The notes: generated by a model not told the origin, from the sequence alone. Shown: positions 12,331 to 25,839, numbered from the stretch's first letter. The stretch: DNA of 58,291 bases from Gemmatimonadales bacterium (GCA_038321865.1 JBBQFH010000018.1:1-58291), one strand, 5' to 3'. Program-made: numbers and translations.

Positions 12331-15300
12331 GTGACAGCCGCCATTCCGGGGTCCAGACTCGAGCAGGTCCAGGCCGCGCTCGGCGCGGAGTACGACGTCG
12401 TTCGGCTGCTCGGCCAGGGCGGGATGGCGGCGGTGTATCTGGCCCGTGAGCGGGCGCTCAAGCGCCTGGTCGCGATCAAGGTGCTCGATCCCGAGCTTGC
12501 GGCGAGCCCGGTGTTTCGCGCGAGGTTCCAGCGCGAGGCCGAAATGGCGGCCCAGCTGCAGCACCCCAGCATCGTTCCCATCTATCGGGTCGGTGAGGCC
12601 GCCGGCGTCTCATTCTTTACGATGGCGTACATCGAAGGCGAGAGTCTGGCGGAGTTGCTCAAGCGGCAGCGGCAGCTGCCACTCGGCGACGCCCTCCGCA
12701 TCGGTCGCGAAATCGCCGCCGCACTCGGTGCCGCCCATCGCCGCGGCATCGTCCACCGCGACGTCAAGCCACAGAACGTGCTGATCGAGCGCGAGTCCGG
12801 CCGCATTCTCGTGACCGACTTCGGCATTGCGCGGGCCGCGCTCGCTGATAACGACCATGCGGACGCCGAGGCACTGACCGGCGTCGGCATGGTGATGGGC
12901 ACGCCACGCTACATGAGCCCGGAGCAGGCATCCGGCACGCGCGATCTGACGCCGGCGTCGGATTTGTACGCGCTGGGCATCATCCTGTACGAGCTCATCG
13001 CGGGCGCCTATCCGTACAAGGTCGGCCAGCCACCCAATTTTCTCGTGGCGCACCTGACCCGTCAGCCGATTCCGCTCGTTGCACGCGTGGGTGATGTACC
13101 GCGCGAGGTCGAGACGTCGGTGCACCGGCTGCTGGCGAAGGACCCGGCCAAGCGACAGGCGAGCGCCGACGAGGTGATCAGCGAGCTCACCGCGGCGGAA
13201 ACCTCCGGCGAGCGGCCCCGGGCCTTCCCCCGCATTCGCCGCCGGCGCTGGATGTCCGTGGTGCCGCTCCTCGCCGTTGTCGCCGGCATCTGGATGTTCG
13301 CGCGCGCTCAGGGATGGTCCTTCGGGCGGGCCGGTGGGGCGCCCAACGGCGTAGATCCACGGCAGTCGATACTGATCGGATTCTTTCAGAACACTACGCA
13401 GCAGCCCCGCCTGGACTGGCTGCGTCTCGGCGGCGTCGAGCTGCTCGCCCAGTCACTCTCGCGCTGGCAGGATCTTCAGGTAGTGGATGCCGAGCGACTG
13501 CTTGACCTGGCGCGGCGGGCGCGGATCGCCGATGGCGCTCAGCTCTCTCAGGACGACGTGCTCGGCCTGGCCCACGCCGCCGGGGTCTGGACCGCCGTGC
13601 TGGGCTCGATCCTGCCACGTGGCCCGGACTCTCTTTCGCTGACGCTCCGGGTGTACGACGTCGCCAGTGGCCGCCAGCTGTCCACCGCCTCGGCTTCGGC
13701 CGCCGCCACGGGCGATCTGACGGCCGCATTCAATTCGCTGGCCACACAGATCCTGCAGATCGGTGTGGATCGCGGCGATCCGCTGGTGGTGGAGCCGCCG
13801 ACCCGCTCGGTCGAAGCCTACCGTGCCTACATCGAGGGCATCGAAGCCAGGAGCAGCTGGGAAATTCCGCGGGCGGAGGCCGCGTTCGGACGGGCGATCG
13901 TGAGCGACTCGACGTTCGCCCTCGCGTACTATGAGCTGAGCCAGCTCGTCGGCGATCAGGAGTGGCTCACCAATTCGACTCGCTACGTCGATTTGGCGGA
14001 CCGCGCGTACCGCTATTCCGGCAGGCGGCCCCCGCGCGAGCAGATGCTGATCGAAGCCTACTACCACTTCGTGCACGCGCGATTCGGAGAGGCGAAGCAG
14101 AAGTACCGCCAGCTGCTCGCGAGCGACTCCACCATCGCTGACGCGTGGGCCGGGCTCGGGATGGCCGAGCAGCTCGATGTGACGCTGCGCCGGGATGCCC
14201 GCGGCCGCGAGTACCTGCCGGCATCGTATACGACCGCGCTCCGAGGTTTCGAGCGGGCGCTGGCCTATGCCGGCTCCGATCATCGGTACTACGCCAACCT
14301 CAGCGCGCTCCTCGGGATGGTGTCGCTCGATCGGCAAAACCAGGTGTCGGCGTACCGCGACCCGCCGCCGGGCCCGCTCAACACCACCTTTTATCGCCTG
14401 CCCGTGCGGACCTACACGCCCCTGCTCCTGGGGGATTCGATCGCGCTGATCCCGTCGGAGTCATTGTCGCTGCGCTATCCCGCGCGGACGGTGGACTCGC
14501 TGCGGGCCCGCGCTCGGGCCCGCGCGCTCGATGTGACCCAGCGCTGGCTGGACATCGCGCCGAACGAAGGGCTGGCGCACCTCTTCATGGCCGAGCTGCA
14601 GCGTGCCGAGCGCCACTACGACGCGGCGCTGACACGGCTGGACGAAGCCGAGAAGCTCCATGTTTCGTACGCGGTTCCGCTGTCGATGTACCGGCTGAGC
14701 CTGTTGCTCGAGGCCCAGCGCCTCGACGAGGCCGCGGCGTACGCCGATTCGATCATGGCGACGCCGGCGCGCCGGGACTCCATGCTCGGCGCCGTTGCGC
14801 TCGCGGCGGCGCCGCTCGCGAATGCCCTGCTCGTCGCCGGCAGGGTGGGTGACGCTGAGTCCATCGTGCGCCAGCGCGTCGCCGCGGCGAACGCCCGGGA
14901 CCTGCCCGTCAGCACCCGCCGGGTGCAGGCACTCGCGACGACGGCGGCACCGCTGGCCTTTCGCACGGCCGCCGGCCACGCGACGGCCGATCAGCTGGCG
15001 TCCGTCGGCTCGGAGCTCGAGCGCCAGGTCGATGCCGTGCCCGACTCCGAGCGCAAGGTGATCCTCGATTTTGCGGCTGCGTCCATGACATTCGCCGCCG
15101 CGTCGCTCGGAGACACCGCGACGATCGGGCACTGGGCTGCGCGCCGGGGCGTGCCTCCCCGTCCCGGCCTGCTGGCGTGGGCCACGGCGGCGGCCGGAGA
15201 CAGGGTGGCGGCGTCGCGACTGCTCGCGCTTGGCATCGCCGATACCGGCCACACCCCCAAGGCGGTCTGGGCCATGGCCCGCGCCGCCGACCTGCTCGGC

Positions 15301-15579
15301 CGGAGCGCTGACGCGCTGCGTCTGTACAGCGAGATGGATACGCTGCGCTACAGCACGGCGGAGACGATCAATTCGGACTGGATCCTCAGGGTTCGCTCCT
15401 ACGCCGCGCGAGGCGCGTTGTACGAGGCCGCCGGTGATACGGCCAGCGCGCGACGTGCCTACCGGCGTGTCGTCGAGCTCTGGCAGACTCCCGATCCCAT
15501 GCTCCGTGAAGAAGCCGCCGCGGTCGCGCGCGCGCTGGGTGAGCTCGATCGCCGGGATCGCGGAGACGTGAAGCGGTGA
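12331..15579 (+). CDS. Membrane Ser/Thr protein kinase with TolB-N-like and TPR extracytoplasmic regions
   Basis: LGQGGMAAVY, VAIK, HRDVKPQN, DFG, GTPRYMSPEQ, DLYALG; TM helix after RRRR; TPR-rich C-terminus; GTG at 12331 is the likely start. Confidence 0.92.
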   Translation: MTAAIPGSRLEQVQAALGAEYDVVRLLGQGGMAAVYLARERALKRLVAIKVLDPELAASPVFRARFQREAEMAAQLQHPSIVPIYRVGEAAGVSFFTMAYIEGESLAELLKRQRQLPLGDALRIGREIAAALGAAHRRGIVHRDVKPQNVLIERESGRILVTDFGIARAALADNDHADAEALTGVGMVMGTPRYMSPEQASGTRDLTPASDLYALGIILYELIAGAYPYKVGQPPNFLVAHLTRQPIPLVARVGDVPREVETSVHRLLAKDPAKRQASADEVISELTAAETSGERPRAFPRIRRRRWMSVVPLLAVVAGIWMFARAQGWSFGRAGGAPNGVDPRQSILIGFFQNTTQQPRLDWLRLGGVELLAQSLSRWQDLQVVDAERLLDLARRARIADGAQLSQDDVLGLAHAAGVWTAVLGSILPRGPDSLSLTLRVYDVASGRQLSTASASAAATGDLTAAFNSLATQILQIGVDRGDPLVVEPPTRSVEAYRAYIEGIEARSSWEIPRAEAAFGRAIVSDSTFALAYYELSQLVGDQEWLTNSTRYVDLADRAYRYSGRRPPREQMLIEAYYHFVHARFGEAKQKYRQLLASDSTIADAWAGLGMAEQLDVTLRRDARGREYLPASYTTALRGFERALAYAGSDHRYYANLSALLGMVSLDRQNQVSAYRDPPPGPLNTTFYRLPVRTYTPLLLGDSIALIPSESLSLRYPARTVDSLRARARARALDVTQRWLDIAPNEGLAHLFMAELQRAERHYDAALTRLDEAEKLHVSYAVPLSMYRLSLLLEAQRLDEAAAYADSIMATPARRDSMLGAVALAAAPLANALLVAGRVGDAESIVRQRVAAANARDLPVSTRRVQALATTAAPLAFRTAAGHATADQLASVGSELERQVDAVPDSERKVILDFAAASMTFAAASLGDTATIGHWAARRGVPPRPGLLAWATAAAGDRVAASRLLALGIADTGHTPKAVWAMARAADLLGRSADALRLYSEMDTLRYSTAETINSDWILRVRSYAARGALYEAAGDTASARRAYRRVVELWQTPDPMLREEAAAVARALGELDRRDRGDVKR

Positions 15580-18500
15580 GGATCGGGTGGGCGCTGGCGC
15601 TGGCCGCCTGCACACCCGCTCCCTTGCTGGCCCAGCTTCCCGGCTCTGTTCCCATCCGCCGCTGGGCGGTTCTCGCCGCATTTCCTTCCGATACCGCCGC
15701 CGCCGGGCTCGATCACGAAACCATTCCGAACGAGGCGGCTCTCGATCCGGCGGCCGGGCCTCAGCGCGGCGTCGCCTGGCGCATTGCGACTGCCGACGAA
15801 GCCGGCCGGGTCGACCTGCTCCGGCTGCTGGGCCGGCCTGCCATCGACCGGCACGTCGCGTATGCCGTGGCCTATCTGTCGACGCCCGGGGCGCGCACGG
15901 CCGATCTCGGGGTCGAGAGTGACGATGACGTCGCCGTGTGGCTGAACGGGATCCGGATTCATCGGCACGTCGTGACGCGCGCGGTTCGCATGGAGACGGA
16001 TACGGTCACGGTTCGGCTGCGGGCCGGCGTGAATCGGCTGGTGTACAAGATCGTGAACCGCGACGGGGGATTCGGCTTCGGTGGGCGAGTGCTCGGGTCG
16101 AGTCCCGATCCGATCGCCGGGATCATTGTACCCGCGACCAGGGCGGGAGCCTCGGCGCCGGCGCCGGCCGGCGCCGCCGTCACCATCGGGCCGATCGCCA
16201 TGCCCGAGCGCGCAGTGCTCGATGCCGACGGCGAGCTCGTCGCGCCGATCCGGGTGCGGGTGACTCGGTGGGGCGCGGCTGCCGCTGCCTCGGTGTCGGT
16301 CGGAACGGTCCGTCGCGCAGTGCCGGCACGGGCGCAGGGTGACGCGATCGACATCGAGCTGCCGGTGCGGTGGGACGAACTGGCACGCCTGCTTGGCGCC
16401 GGAGCGCTGCATGCCCACGGCGAGGTTCCGGGGGGCGCGCCCGCGGATCGGCTGATCAGCCTGGCCCGGGATCCCCTGCTCGACGCGCTGTCGCGCCCGC
16501 TGACCTCGCGGGGGTGGGTGGTGGATTCGAGTGCCGGACGGCTCGCACTCACCTGGCGCGTGCCGACGACGCTCGGTGGCCTCCCGCTCGCTCTGGAGGC
16601 GGCCGAGTTCTCCGCTGGCGCCGAGATCACCATCAACGGTCGGCGTGCCGCCCCGGGGCCTACCGGCGACGTCGGGCTCTGCGACCCCTGCGCCGCCGGC
16701 GATACCGTGCGCATCGTCATCGCGACGCGGGGGACACGCTGGTGGGACACGCCGGCCATCCGGGTCGCGACACCGGGGTGGAGAGAGATCCGCGAAGGCG
16801 CGCGCTGGGCCGCGCGGTTCGCTCCGGCCATTCGAACCGGCCAGCCGGGCGCCGCCACCGCCGACTCGCTGCTGGCCGCGTCGGCCGACCCGTCCAAGCG
16901 ACTCTATCGCGCCATCGTCGAGGGCTGGATGCGGCGGCTCGCGCCCGCCGCCGCGCACGCGCGCCGCGACACCATCTCGGTCGTCGGCAACTCGCATCTC
17001 GACGTCGTCTGGCTCTGGGATCTGGCTGATGGGATCGAGGTCCTGCGCAACACGTGGCGGACCGCGACCAAGCTCCTCGCGAAATACCCGCGCATGCATT
17101 TCGCCGGCTCCGCGGCGTACTACTACACCATTCTCGAACGGGAGGAGCCCGCGCTCCTCGCCACGATTCAGCGGCTGGTCGCGGAGGGGAGGTGGAATCT
17201 CGTCGGCGGCTGGTGGATCGAGCCCGATGCGAACATGCCCTCCGGCGAATCGCTCGTACGCCAAGGGCTCTACGGGCAGCGCACGCTGCGCCGGCTCTTC
17301 GGGCGCACCGCCCGCGTCGCCTGGACACCGGACACCTTCGGCTATCCCTGGACCCTCCCGCAGATCCTGCTCGGATCCGGGCTCGACGGCTTCGTCACCC
17401 AGAAGCTGCGCTGGAACGACCGGAACGCGTGGCCGGCCGCACTGGACGGGTTCTGGTGGGAAGGGCCGGACGGCTCCCGCGTGCTCTCCTACGTCCCCTA
17501 TGGCTACGATCACGATCTCGACCCCGAGCGGCTGGCCGCCGAGCTCGATTCCACGATCTCGGGCGGGAAGATGCGCGCGATGCTCACCCTGTACGGCGTG
17601 GGCGATCACGGCGGCGGCCCGACGATCGGGATGCTGGAGCGCGCCCGGGATCTCCAGCGTGTGCCGACGTTCCCGGTCCTCGCGGACGCGTCGCCCGACT
17701 CCGCCCTGGACCGGATGCGGCGCGTGGTGCCGGCCCTCCCGACGGTGCGCGACGAGCTCTATCTCGAATATCATCGCGGCGCGTTCACCACCAACGGTGC
17801 CATGAAGTGGTGGAACCGGCACCTGGAGAGCCTGCTCGGTGCCGCGGAGGCGGCCGCCACCCTGGCACCGCTGCCGTATCCACGCGCCCAGCTGACGCGC
17901 GCATGGGAGATGACGCTTTTCAATCAGATGCACGACGTCCTGCCCGGGACCAGCATCCGGGCCGTGCACGTGCAGGCCGAAGCGGATTACATGACCGCGG
18001 ATTCGCTGGCGCGCCGCGTATTCGAGCGGTCAGTGCGGGCGCTCGCGGCCGGCGCGGACACGCGCGCGCCTCGCGCGGGACTGCATCCGTACATCGTGTT
18101 CAATCCGACGGTGGTGCGAAGGGGAGGACGGGTCACTGTTCGCCTCACCGCCGGCGAGGGCGCCGCGTTCGATTCGTCGGGGAGCCCGCTGCCGGCACGC
18201 ATGGTGATGGATTCCGCCGGACGTTTGCTGGAGGTCGTGGTCCCGGAGGTCCCGGGCCTGGGTGCAGCCCTGATCTTTCTGGGCCCCGGCGCCCTCGCCG
18301 CGGTGCGCGATACGGCGGGCAGCACTCTTGAAAATCGCTGGCTCAGAGTCGATGTCGATCCGGCGACCGGCGACATCGCCCGGGTGTACGACAAGCTGCA
18401 TCGCCGGGAGGTCCTGCGAGGCGGAAGTAATACGCTCACGATGCTGGAAGACCGTCCCGGCAGCTGGGACGCGTGGAACATCAATCACCTCCACGGGCGC

Positions 18501-19349
18501 CGGCTGACGTTCGGCCGGGCCCGTGTCGGCGTCGTGCAGGTGGATGCCGCCGGCCGGTCGCTCGTCGTCAGCCGGGAGCGCGACAGCGTGCGAGTCGAGC
18601 AGCGGTACGTGCTCCCCGGCGAGGTTGCCCGCCTCGACATCGAGACGACCGTCGACTGGCACACGCGCCACGAGTTGCTCAAGGTCGCGTTCGTGCTCGC
18701 CACGCCGACCGATTCAGTGGTAGCGGAGATTCCCTATGGCGCGATTGCGCGGCCGAGCGTGGCACGCACGGCCGTGGACAGCGCACGGTTCGAGGTGCCG
18801 ATGCAGCGCTGGGTGGATGCCTCGGCCGGCGGCTATGGCGTCGCGATCGTCAACGATTCGAAGTATGCCTACGACGTGCTCGGCGATACCGTGCGCCTCT
18901 CGCTCCTGCGCGCGCCGATGGTGCCCGACGCGGTCAGCGATCAGCGACGCCATCACTTCACACTCAGTCTCGTTCCCCATGCGGGCGACTGGCGTGACGC
19001 GTCGGTGCGCGCCGCTGCCGCCGAGCTCAACGATCCGCTTCGCGCGGTGAAGGTGGACGAGCACGCGGGTGGGCGGCTGGCGGAAGCGCCGTTTACGCTG
19101 ACCGGAGCCGGGGTCGCGATCGGGGCGGTGAAGCGGAGTGAGGATGGTGATGCGACGGTTCTGCGGATCGTGGAGACGGCGGGTCAGGCGTCGCGGGCCG
19201 TCCTGCGGTTCAGGACCCCAGCGGTCACGCGAGCAGCCAGCATGCTTGAGGACGCCATCGGCCCCGCGACCGCCCCCGCGCTTCAATTGGATCTCCAGCT
19301 CCGCCCGTGGGAAATCCGGACGCTGCTGGTCACCCTGCCTCGCCCCTAG
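15576..19349 (+). CDS. Glycoside hydrolase family 38 alpha-mannosidase with N-terminal accessory beta domains, likely lipoprotein
   Basis: NSHLD zinc motif, EPDANMPSGESLVRQ, WTPDTFGY (nucleophile Asp), GDHGGGP, ELYLEYHRG, QMHDVLPG; lipobox-like LALAAC. Confidence 0.9.
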   Translation: MRIGWALALAACTPAPLLAQLPGSVPIRRWAVLAAFPSDTAAAGLDHETIPNEAALDPAAGPQRGVAWRIATADEAGRVDLLRLLGRPAIDRHVAYAVAYLSTPGARTADLGVESDDDVAVWLNGIRIHRHVVTRAVRMETDTVTVRLRAGVNRLVYKIVNRDGGFGFGGRVLGSSPDPIAGIIVPATRAGASAPAPAGAAVTIGPIAMPERAVLDADGELVAPIRVRVTRWGAAAAASVSVGTVRRAVPARAQGDAIDIELPVRWDELARLLGAGALHAHGEVPGGAPADRLISLARDPLLDALSRPLTSRGWVVDSSAGRLALTWRVPTTLGGLPLALEAAEFSAGAEITINGRRAAPGPTGDVGLCDPCAAGDTVRIVIATRGTRWWDTPAIRVATPGWREIREGARWAARFAPAIRTGQPGAATADSLLAASADPSKRLYRAIVEGWMRRLAPAAAHARRDTISVVGNSHLDVVWLWDLADGIEVLRNTWRTATKLLAKYPRMHFAGSAAYYYTILEREEPALLATIQRLVAEGRWNLVGGWWIEPDANMPSGESLVRQGLYGQRTLRRLFGRTARVAWTPDTFGYPWTLPQILLGSGLDGFVTQKLRWNDRNAWPAALDGFWWEGPDGSRVLSYVPYGYDHDLDPERLAAELDSTISGGKMRAMLTLYGVGDHGGGPTIGMLERARDLQRVPTFPVLADASPDSALDRMRRVVPALPTVRDELYLEYHRGAFTTNGAMKWWNRHLESLLGAAEAAATLAPLPYPRAQLTRAWEMTLFNQMHDVLPGTSIRAVHVQAEADYMTADSLARRVFERSVRALAAGADTRAPRAGLHPYIVFNPTVVRRGGRVTVRLTAGEGAAFDSSGSPLPARMVMDSAGRLLEVVVPEVPGLGAALIFLGPGALAAVRDTAGSTLENRWLRVDVDPATGDIARVYDKLHRREVLRGGSNTLTMLEDRPGSWDAWNINHLHGRRLTFGRARVGVVQVDAAGRSLVVSRERDSVRVEQRYVLPGEVARLDIETTVDWHTRHELLKVAFVLATPTDSVVAEIPYGAIARPSVARTAVDSARFEVPMQRWVDASAGGYGVAIVNDSKYAYDVLGDTVRLSLLRAPMVPDAVSDQRRHHFTLSLVPHAGDWRDASVRAAAAELNDPLRAVKVDEHAGGRLAEAPFTLTGAGVAIGAVKRSEDGDATVLRIVETAGQASRAVLRFRTPAVTRAASMLEDAIGPATAPALQLDLQLRPWEIRTLLVTLPRP

Positions 19350-20632
19350 CGCGCGGGTGCCGGCCCGTCCATCCGCGCCCGCAATCCCAGCCAGAGCCCG
19401 AGGTGGATGGGCAACACGAGCGCGATGATGAATCCATTCACCTGACGCGTGCCCGGGACCAGCTTGAACGCGATGCCGGCGACCCCGATGGTGACGAGCA
19501 GGGCAGCGGCCGTGGCGGCGCGCCGCCGCCAGCGGGCGGCGCCCAACGCGGCAAGCGGCACCAGCACGGCCAGCAGCAGCGCCAGGGGATTCAGCTGGAA
19601 GAGATTCTCATTGGCGTAGGATGCCGTATGATCCGTCAGCGCCCACAGGCTCGCCAGCACCGTCCCGCTCAGACCCGAGACCACACCCCACAGCCCGCCG
19701 AGCACGGCCAGCGTGATCCGGGCGGGGCGATTCCGGGTGGCCCGCCGGCCGAGGCCGAAGAGCAGCGCGCCCACCGCCGCACCGATGGCCAGGTAGGCTG
19801 AGAACCACGAAGGCGGTGTGCTCGGCGGCGCGGCCTGGGTGCTCTGGAAGACGATCCGTTCGGACTTCACCAGCGGGCGCAGCCGGCCATCCGCTCCGGG
19901 GACGTGCACCTCGCGCACATGCTCCCGGAACGCGAGTGGGAGAAACATCTCCTCGTATTTCGAGATCGGCCGGTCGACCGGCTCGCCCAGGCCCAGCATC
20001 AGGCCGGTGTAGACGACCGGCTGGCTCGAAGTGAGCCGGGCAGTATGGAAGCGAAAGGTGGCACGGCCCGGTGCCGCGACGCCGGCTGTAGCGGCCCGGA
20101 TCCGGCCACCGATGACGCGGTCGATCGCATCACGGACGCGGGTCGAGCAGTTGTCGCGGTAGTAGTCGTAGCGGTAGTGGCGATTCTCTTCCCGCGCATT
20201 CCATTCGAGGAAGTCCCGCAGGTCGGCGCGCTGCCCCGGTGTCAGATCGAGTTCCTGTACCCAGATCGACCGGTTGTGCGCGACATAATCTGCCATGGAC
20301 GCGCCCGCGTCGAAGCCACCCATCGAGTACAGCATCCGGCCCTGTACGAAGCGGAGGATGAAATTCTCCTGCTTGAAACTGAACAGTCCGTAGTTGTACT
20401 GCAGATCCTGATGGCGCACGGTATCGTGCACCCAGATCGCGTTATGGCCGAACCGCTCCCACACCTCCTGGCCTGGCCCCATCGTTACCAGCGAGATCGT
20501 GAGCTCTTCGCCGCGCGCGCTGGCCTGTGCGGAGAGCCCGCCGCCCGTGCCGGCGACAAGAGAGGCGACGGCGGCGACGTGGCCTGCGAATCCGGCCAGG
20601 AGAAAGCGGGGGCGGCCAGTCCACGACGGCAT
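19346..20632 (-). CDS. DUF4105 / Lnb-like membrane protein (putative lipoprotein N-acyltransferase)
   Basis: [26 protein letters not shown] (His and Cys conserved), MFLP, then four C-terminal TM helices. Confidence 0.8.
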   Translation of the reverse strand: MPSWTGRPRFLLAGFAGHVAAVASLVAGTGGGLSAQASARGEELTISLVTMGPGQEVWERFGHNAIWVHDTVRHQDLQYNYGLFSFKQENFILRFVQGRMLYSMGGFDAGASMADYVAHNRSIWVQELDLTPGQRADLRDFLEWNAREENRHYRYDYYRDNCSTRVRDAIDRVIGGRIRAATAGVAAPGRATFRFHTARLTSSQPVVYTGLMLGLGEPVDRPISKYEEMFLPLAFREHVREVHVPGADGRLRPLVKSERIVFQSTQAAPPSTPPSWFSAYLAIGAAVGALLFGLGRRATRNRPARITLAVLGGLWGVVSGLSGTVLASLWALTDHTASYANENLFQLNPLALLLAVLVPLAALGAARWRRRAATAAALLVTIGVAGIAFKLVPGTRQVNGFIIALVLPIHLGLWLGLRARMDGPAPAR

Positions 20633-21987
20633 CAGCGGGGCTCGAGCGACATCGGCATGCCGAACCGCGGGCGAAGGGTGATGGAGGGCCTGGCGGCGAC
20701 GCGCGCGCCGGGGGCAAGGCGGAGTCGCCAGCGGCGCGCCAGCGTGGCCAGGACAAGCATGGCCTCCATCCAGGCAAACTGCTCGCCGATGCAGATGCGC
20801 GGGCCGCCGCCGAAGGGGAAATACGAGAATTTGGGCCGCTCGGTCCGGCGTTCCGGCCGCCAGCGCTCAGGGTCGAACGCCTCGGGATCGGGGAACCAGC
20901 GTGGGTCCCGGTGCGTCACATACTGGCTCATGAGCACGATCGACCCGGCCGGTACGTCGTATCCGCCCGCTGAATACGGATCCAGCGCGCGCCGGCCGAT
21001 GACCCACGCCGGCGGGTAGAGCCGCATGGACTCGCTGAGTACCATGAGCATATAGGGCAGGCGGGAGAGTTCGGCGGAGCCTGGTGAATCGGTCCCCAGG
21101 GCGTCGAGCTCGGCATGCACGCGCTGCTCGACTGCCGGATGCTGCGAGAGGAGGTACCAGGTCCACGTCAGGGCATTGGCGGTCGTCTCGTGGCCGGCGA
21201 GAAAGATCGTCATGACCTCGTCCCGCAGCTGCAAGTCGGTCATGCGCGCACCTGCATCCTCCTCGTCCTGCGCAAGGAGGAGCATCGTCAGCAGATCCCC
21301 CTGATCCGACGGCTCAGTCCGCCGAGCCCGGATCATTCCGTAGACCACGGCATCCAGACGCGCTCGGGCGCGGTTGAACCGGCGGGTCGCCGGGAGCGGC
21401 AAGCGCTCCAGCAGGGCGGCGAACGGCAGGGTGCTGAACGACTGAAACAGCGCCATGCTCGTCGCGACCGCCTCGGATACCTCGGCCGCTGCGCCTTCGA
21501 CGTCGCTGCCGAACAACGTGTGGCCCACGATCGCAAGCGCCAGGCGCATCATCTCGTCATGCACGTCGAGTGTCCGGGTGCCTGCGGCGAATGACGCCTC
21601 CCACCGGACCGAAGCGCGAGCGGCACTGTCGGAGATCGTCCGCCCGTACGCCGCGATCCGCTGCTGGTGGAACGCAGGCTGCGCCAGGCGCCGCTGGCGG
21701 AGGTGGAATGTCCCTTCGCTCGTCAGCAGACCGTCGCCGAGCAGGCGTTTGGCCCGCTGCAGCCCCACGCCCTTCATGAAGCTGCGGTTGTGGGTGACGA
21801 GCACATCCCGAATGAGGTCGGGATGGTTCAGGAGGAACACCCGGGAGGTTCCCAGCCGGACGCGGGCCACGTCGCCGTGATCACGTGCCAGTGACTGGAG
21901 CGTGCCGAGCGGGTCGCGCCGGAAGGACATGATGGACGCGCCGGGGACCCAGGATCGGGGTCCCGGCGCGGTGCGCCCGGCGGTCAT
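20632..21987 (-). CDS. Cytochrome P450
   Basis: I-helix AGHETT, ExxR (ESMR), PERW, heme motif [12 protein letters not shown]. Confidence 0.95.
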   Translation of the reverse strand: MTAGRTAPGPRSWVPGASIMSFRRDPLGTLQSLARDHGDVARVRLGTSRVFLLNHPDLIRDVLVTHNRSFMKGVGLQRAKRLLGDGLLTSEGTFHLRQRRLAQPAFHQQRIAAYGRTISDSAARASVRWEASFAAGTRTLDVHDEMMRLALAIVGHTLFGSDVEGAAAEVSEAVATSMALFQSFSTLPFAALLERLPLPATRRFNRARARLDAVVYGMIRARRTEPSDQGDLLTMLLLAQDEEDAGARMTDLQLRDEVMTIFLAGHETTANALTWTWYLLSQHPAVEQRVHAELDALGTDSPGSAELSRLPYMLMVLSESMRLYPPAWVIGRRALDPYSAGGYDVPAGSIVLMSQYVTHRDPRWFPDPEAFDPERWRPERRTERPKFSYFPFGGGPRICIGEQFAWMEAMLVLATLARRWRLRLAPGARVAARPSITLRPRFGMPMSLEPR

Positions 21988-22020
21988 CGGCGATCCTGCC
22001 ACGTGCCGGCCGGCTGCGGC

Positions 22021-24294
<2,274 letters not shown>

Positions 24295-24295
<1 letters not shown>

Positions 24296-25368
24296 CAGCG
24301 CTCGCTCACCTTTCCCGATTCCACGGTCCACACGGGGAGGGACACCGCGGCCGGCAGCTCGTCGGGGCGGGGCGCCGTAAGGAAGACCTGGCGCACCGCA
24401 GGCTGCACCAGCCGGGCGGCCAGGCGCCGCTGCCGTCCACCGTCGAGCTCGGCGAAGACGTCGTCCAGCAGGAGGGCCGGCTGCACTCCCCGGCCGGCCG
24501 TGAGCGTTTCGATCTCGATGAGCTTCAACGCGATCGCCGCGCTGCGCTGCTGGCCGGTGCTGCCGAAGGCGCGGAGCTCCCGCCCGTCCACCTCGAGCAT
24601 CAGATCGTCGCGGTGAGGGCCGACGGTGGTCAGGCACCGGGCCCGGTCGCGCACCCGCGCATCGTCCAGCGCGCTGGTCCACCCGGCGGGGTCGGCGAGT
24701 TCGGGCTTGCCGCGATAGGTGAGCCGGCCAGTCCCCGTCTCGCCCAGGCCCGCCAGCTCGGACGAGAACTGCTCGTCCGCCGGGCCGAGCCATGCCATGC
24801 GGCGCCGGACCAGGACGGCGCCCGCCTGCGCCAGCGGACCATCAAACGCATCCGCCATCTCGCCTCGTCCCTGCCGCAGCGCGCTGTTGCGCTGGGCCAG
24901 CGCGCCCCGGTACCGGCTCAGTGCGGCGAGGTACGACCGGTCGGCCAGCGCCAGCATGCGGTCTAGGTAGTGGCGGCGCTCGCTCGCGGGTCCGCCGGCG
25001 AGCGCGACGTCCGAAGGCAGGAACGCGACGGCAAGCCATCGGCCCAGTGCTTCCAGGCGGAGCAGCTCGGCTCCGTCCAGCGTGATCCGCTTCCGCCGCC
25101 CGCTCACCTGATATACCGAGCCGATGTCGTGCCGGCCCTGATCGCAGATCGATGCCGTGACGTTGAACCCGGGACCGCCGAACCGTGACACGTCGGCATC
25201 GCCCGCGCCGCGCAGCGAGCGGAACAGCACCGGGTAGTACAGCGCCTCGAGCAGATTGGTCTTTCCCTGCCCGTTCCGGCCGAGCATCGCCACCCCTTCC
25301 GGTGGCACGGCCCGCTCGATGTCGTCCAGATTGCGGAAGCCCCGTGCCACAATGCGCTCCAGGCGCAC
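24295..25368 (-). CDS. recF: DNA replication and repair protein RecF
   Basis: GFRNL, Walker A GRNGQGKTNLLEA, GPHRDDL, GSTGQQR, LLLDDVFAELD; GTG start at 25368. Confidence 0.95.
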
Positions 25369-25775
25369 TACTGCGTGACGCGCACGGTCCGAATGGCCGT
25401 GTCCCCGGGGTTGCCCAGCTGATCGGTGCCGTAGACCAGCACGAACATCGTTCGGCCCGCCAGCCCGGACGTGTTGATGGTCACGCCAAAGCGCACGGTG
25501 TCGCGGCGGCTCACAATGGGCTGAAAGTGTTCGTTGCCGTTGAGGACCACGATGAACAGTGAGTCCACCCCGTCGGTGTCGATGGTCTTTCCCGAGAGCG
25601 GCATCCCCGGGCCGGCTCGCACGGTGGTGTCGCCGACCCCTGGCTGATCGATGAAGGTGACCGGGCCCCGGCCGTCGGACTCGACCGGAAAGGTAAGCCG
25701 TTCCCGGTCGGTACATGCCACCAGCCCCAGCAATGCCAGGAGCGCCCCAACCCCTTTTCCGGTCAATCTTTGCAT
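25368..25775 (-). CDS. Hypothetical lipoprotein (single Ig-like domain)
   Basis: Lipobox LVAC after a hydrophobic signal; beta-rich domain; TAG overlaps the recF GTG. Confidence 0.65.
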   Translation of the reverse strand: MQRLTGKGVGALLALLGLVACTDRERLTFPVESDGRGPVTFIDQPGVGDTTVRAGPGMPLSGKTIDTDGVDSLFIVVLNGNEHFQPIVSRRDTVRFGVTINTSGLAGRTMFVLVYGTDQLGNPGDTAIRTVRVTQ

Positions 25776-25839
25776 CCTGTGCCCGACGGCCTCCCGCATG
25801 CTGGTAAAATAGCCGGTCCATGGTCCGAATTGCAGGGTG

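Noticed and set aside
15459..17969. Long antisense or alternative-frame ORFs (836 aa here; also 22003-24024, 26217-28724, 39937-41490 and many others)
   Set aside because: Shadow ORFs of well-supported genes, expected in high-GC DNA; Arg/Pro/Gly-rich with no motifs
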